A stretch of 28,107 nucleotides of DNA from an uncultured virus (IMG/VR IMGVR_UViG_3300021197_000882) (lineage: Duplodnaviria > Heunggongvirae > Uroviricota > Caudoviricetes). Each line of letters begins with the position of its first letter. Position 1 is the first letter of the stretch. The DNA lies in IMG/VR virus record IMGVR_UViG_3300021197_000882; one strand, written 5' to 3'. The position numbers and the translations under genes were made by a program. Under the pieces are notes generated by a model. It had not been told where the DNA came from, made no database searches, and saw only the letters and a list, made by a program, of their open reading frames with translations. Positions 25,432 to 28,107 of this stretch are shown piece after piece.

Positions 25432-26700
25432 ATGACTAAAACGAGAGTTATGAGTTCTGCGGTGATAAGCAATAGAGCCAATGACTTTAGTATCTTAAAG
25501 GGTAGTCAAGACTTAGTTATCGGTGGATATGCAAGTATTGAGATTGTCGATAAGCAAAATGATTTAATTACATTAAAGGCTTTAGATGAAGCAGTAGTTA
25601 AGTATATGCAAAACCCTAAGTTTAGAAATGTTATGACAAATCATTCAAATGTTCAAGTTGGAGAAGTAGTAAAGTCTTATAGAGATAAGACAGGAAAACT
25701 TTGGAAAACTGAAGTAGACGATGTTGGATTCTTTGTTGTAATTAAACTAAGAGACGACATAGAGAAAGCCAAAGAAATAAACAGAGGCGTTAGAAAAGGT
25801 TCATTACGGTCATTTAGCATAGGAGGGCAAGCATTACAGAAAGTAAAGAAAAGCCATCCTGAGTTGGGAGACTATAATGAGATAAGCAAACTTGAATTGC
25901 ATGAAGTGACGATTTGTGAAAAAGGAATTAATCCGGAAGCACGATTTGATATTCTAAAACAAGACAAAAACACAAAGGAAGTGAAACAAATGACTAAACT
26001 AGAAAAAGCATTGGCGGAACTTGACACTCTAATGGAGCAAGTCAATACGCTACGAAAAGAAGAAGCAGAAGAAATGATGGACACTACTAAAGAGTCTATG
26101 GAAGATGAGAATATGTTAGAGAGAGCAGATGGTGAAAAAGAATCTATGGAAGAACTGGAATCTATGGAAGAACTGGAATCTATGAAGGAAATGGAAAGAG
26201 GTGCATACAAAGATGTTATGTCTGATAAAGCACTATTATCTACTCTAGATGGAGCCGGTGTAGAAATCGGAGAACCTGCGGATAGAATCGTTATTGATAA
26301 CGGAAACCCTAAAGCAAGTGGACTACCTGTTGTTAAAGCATTTAGCAACACTGAGTTAGATACTCTTAACCTTTCTAATCTAAACATTGAGAAGGCATAT
26401 GAATCTTACAAACAAGAGCAACTAGAAAAGATGGCTCTAGATAACCTAGAGAAAACCTTCAGTGCAAGATTCGGTGCTGAAAAAGCACAAAGAGAAACTA
26501 TTTTGTCAAAGGCTCAATATGATGCACAGACTGAAATTGCTTCACTAAAAGATGAATTTACTCAACTAAGAAAGTCTTTGACTGCTGAAAAAGAAACTAT
26601 TCTAAAGGCACAAGAAGCAGCAGTAGCAGAACTCCCAAGTATGGATGAAATGGCTAACATGGATTGGTCAGACATTCACAAAATGGTAGGAGGTTATTAA
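25432..26700 (+). CDS. HK97-type prohead protease fused to C-terminal scaffold (start possibly ATG 25450)
   Basis: IGGYAS..VDKQNDLI, catalytic His (TNHSN), catalytic Ser (SFSIGG), LHEVTIC..GINPEARF; then an acidic coiled-coil scaffold; directly upstream of MCP. Confidence 0.9.
   Translation: MTKTRVMSSAVISNRANDFSILKGSQDLVIGGYASIEIVDKQNDLITLKALDEAVVKYMQNPKFRNVMTNHSNVQVGEVVKSYRDKTGKLWKTEVDDVGFFVVIKLRDDIEKAKEINRGVRKGSLRSFSIGGQALQKVKKSHPELGDYNEISKLELHEVTICEKGINPEARFDILKQDKNTKEVKQMTKLEKALAELDTLMEQVNTLRKEEAEEMMDTTKESMEDENMLERADGEKESMEELESMEELESMKEMERGAYKDVMSDKALLSTLDGAGVEIGEPADRIVIDNGNPKASGLPVVKAFSNTELDTLNLSNLNIEKAYESYKQEQLEKMALDNLEKTFSARFGAEKAQRETILSKAQYDAQTEIASLKDEFTQLRKSLTAEKETILKAQEAAVAELPSMDEMANMDWSDIHKMVGGY
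26140..26193 (+). repeat. 18-bp tandem repeat x3 (GAATCTATGGAAGAACTG) encoding ESMEEL-ESMEEL-ESMKEM
   Basis: Two perfect copies plus one degenerate copy. Confidence 0.9.
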
Positions 26701-26701
26701 G

Positions 26702-28099
26702 ATGACAGGATATATTAACACAATTGCAGATTTAGAAAGACAGACATACGGAGTATCGGGTATTAGCAATCAATTGCTAAAACAAAGTGGTGCAGTTCAA
26801 GCACTACATAGTGGCCACGATACCACACTAGGAGTAGGAAGCGGAACAGGTACTATTGGAGATACCGCCGCTTTGTACAATAGAGTATTTGGCCAAAAGG
26901 TTTGGTCAATGTTAAACCGAGAATGTAATGCACTTTCCGTTATTTCAAAGAGACCATATGTTTCAAGTGGTTGGAGAGTATTGGTAGAAAGACCTGCTGG
27001 CGGTAGTGGAAATTCACTAGATGTAAGCGCAAGAGTCGGTGCTAATTCTGATGCATTCCTTGGAGCAACTTCTCTAAGACCTGACTTGATGGGTGGTGTT
27101 CCGGAAAACGCTAAACTAGGTACTAACGCTGATGGACTATTCTCCATCGCACCAAAGTATTCTACACTATTTACAAGCCCTAAGATTATTGCACATCAAT
27201 TCGAGTTCTCTGAACTTGCTATGGAAATGGCACAAATTGATGATGGTATTGGCGATATTAGAGCGCAAATGCGTGAAGATATGGGTAAGCACCATGCTGA
27301 AGTACAGAATCAAATGCTTGTTATGCCGCTAGAAGTTTATGACTTTGATGGTGGAGTTACAACAACAATCGCAACTATCGAAAGAAACTATACTTCTTTG
27401 CTAAAGATTGTTTCTAACAACACAGAATTACAAAACATGAAGGCTAACGATTTGATTAAGAACGGAACATACGATGATACAAACACAGCAAATGGTGTAG
27501 CAGAAGTTTCTACTCTATTCGGTAACAGTGATAGAGCCGCTACAACTTCTTCTTTCATGAATGCAGTTGTAAACTCAGGTGGTACTGGTCTATCTTCTTA
27601 TTCCGCAACTGGACAAAGAGCATTGACACTAAGTACAATTAACCAAACTCTAAGAGAAATCCGTCAAAACGGTGGTTCACCAAAGGTTATACTAACAGGA
27701 TATGATACTCTACAAACATTGAGTGACTTGCTACAAGCACAAGAAAGATTCATGGATGGTAAAGAAATTGTACCAACCGTAAACGGTGTTCGTGGTGTAA
27801 AGGGTCAAGAAGTTGGATTTAGAGTTTCTACTTACTACGACATCCCACTAATTCCTGTAGCGGCTATGCCATCTACAAAGCACCACTCTCTAACAACTGG
27901 ACTATCCGATATGTTGATTCTAGATACTGACCATTTGTGGCTATCGGTTATGAAGCCAACTCAATACTTTGAAGATGGTATTAGTAACGGAAACCCATTC
28001 GGTGTTGGAACTCTAGGGAACCAAGCCCTTTACCGTACTATCGGTGAAGTTGGTTGTTCATACTTTAGAGGACAAGGCAAGATTACAAACTTAGTTTGA
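26702..28099 (+). CDS. Major capsid protein (HK97 fold expected)
   Basis: Follows the protease/scaffold; GGAGGT RBS; 465 aa. Segments such as GGVPEN, PKIIAHQFEFSELA, GGSPKVILTG and YYDIPLIP fit archaeal tailed-virus MCPs. Confidence 0.85.
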   Translation: MTGYINTIADLERQTYGVSGISNQLLKQSGAVQALHSGHDTTLGVGSGTGTIGDTAALYNRVFGQKVWSMLNRECNALSVISKRPYVSSGWRVLVERPAGGSGNSLDVSARVGANSDAFLGATSLRPDLMGGVPENAKLGTNADGLFSIAPKYSTLFTSPKIIAHQFEFSELAMEMAQIDDGIGDIRAQMREDMGKHHAEVQNQMLVMPLEVYDFDGGVTTTIATIERNYTSLLKIVSNNTELQNMKANDLIKNGTYDDTNTANGVAEVSTLFGNSDRAATTSSFMNAVVNSGGTGLSSYSATGQRALTLSTINQTLREIRQNGGSPKVILTGYDTLQTLSDLLQAQERFMDGKEIVPTVNGVRGVKGQEVGFRVSTYYDIPLIPVAAMPSTKHHSLTTGLSDMLILDTDHLWLSVMKPTQYFEDGISNGNPFGVGTLGNQALYRTIGEVGCSYFRGQGKITNLV

Positions 28100-28105
28100 G
28101 GTGAT
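28098..28105 (+). promoter_or_regulatory. Archaeal-type Shine-Dalgarno GAGGTGAT for a gene beyond the window
   Basis: Same GGTGA motif seen at 517, 14616, 17544, 18109, 20390 and 22639, each shortly before a start codon. Confidence 0.7.
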
Positions 28106-28107
28106 TT

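Noticed and set aside
1962..27147. All minus-strand ORFs in the track (e.g. 8390-8698, 9524-9904, 21602-22120, 25872-26387, 26797-27147)
   Set aside because: They are antisense shadows of + strand genes, with Ser/Leu/Phe-rich composition and no recognisable motifs.

Overview
A 28 kb, AT-rich, densely packed segment of a tailed dsDNA virus (Caudoviricetes), with every credible gene on the + strand. It carries the head-morphogenesis module: probable small terminase, large terminase, portal, prohead protease/scaffold and HK97-type major capsid protein. An ATP-dependent DNA ligase, a LAGLIDADG-domain protein, a GNAT acetyltransferase and a PAP2-family phosphatase are interleaved with these genes. 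(A/G)GGTGA ribosome-binding sites and a TTTATATA box suggest an archaeal host. Gene content and order recall marine Poseidoniales (MG-II) 'magroviruses' and related haloviruses; this is inference, not a database result. The most striking signal is a short peptide, M-x-W-x-x-I-L-K. It starts 17 mostly unrelated ORFs, recurs as K-[SA]-W-x-x-[IF]-L at the C-terminus of three ORFs, and resembles the scaffold C-terminal helix (MDWSDIHKM) and the F-x-I-L-K sites flanking the prohead protease domain. I propose it is a portable capsid-targeting/protease-cleavage tag for loading many cargo proteins into the head. Direct repeats at gene junctions and a five-copy constant-N/variable-C paralog array suggest tagged genes are gained and shuffled as cassettes.
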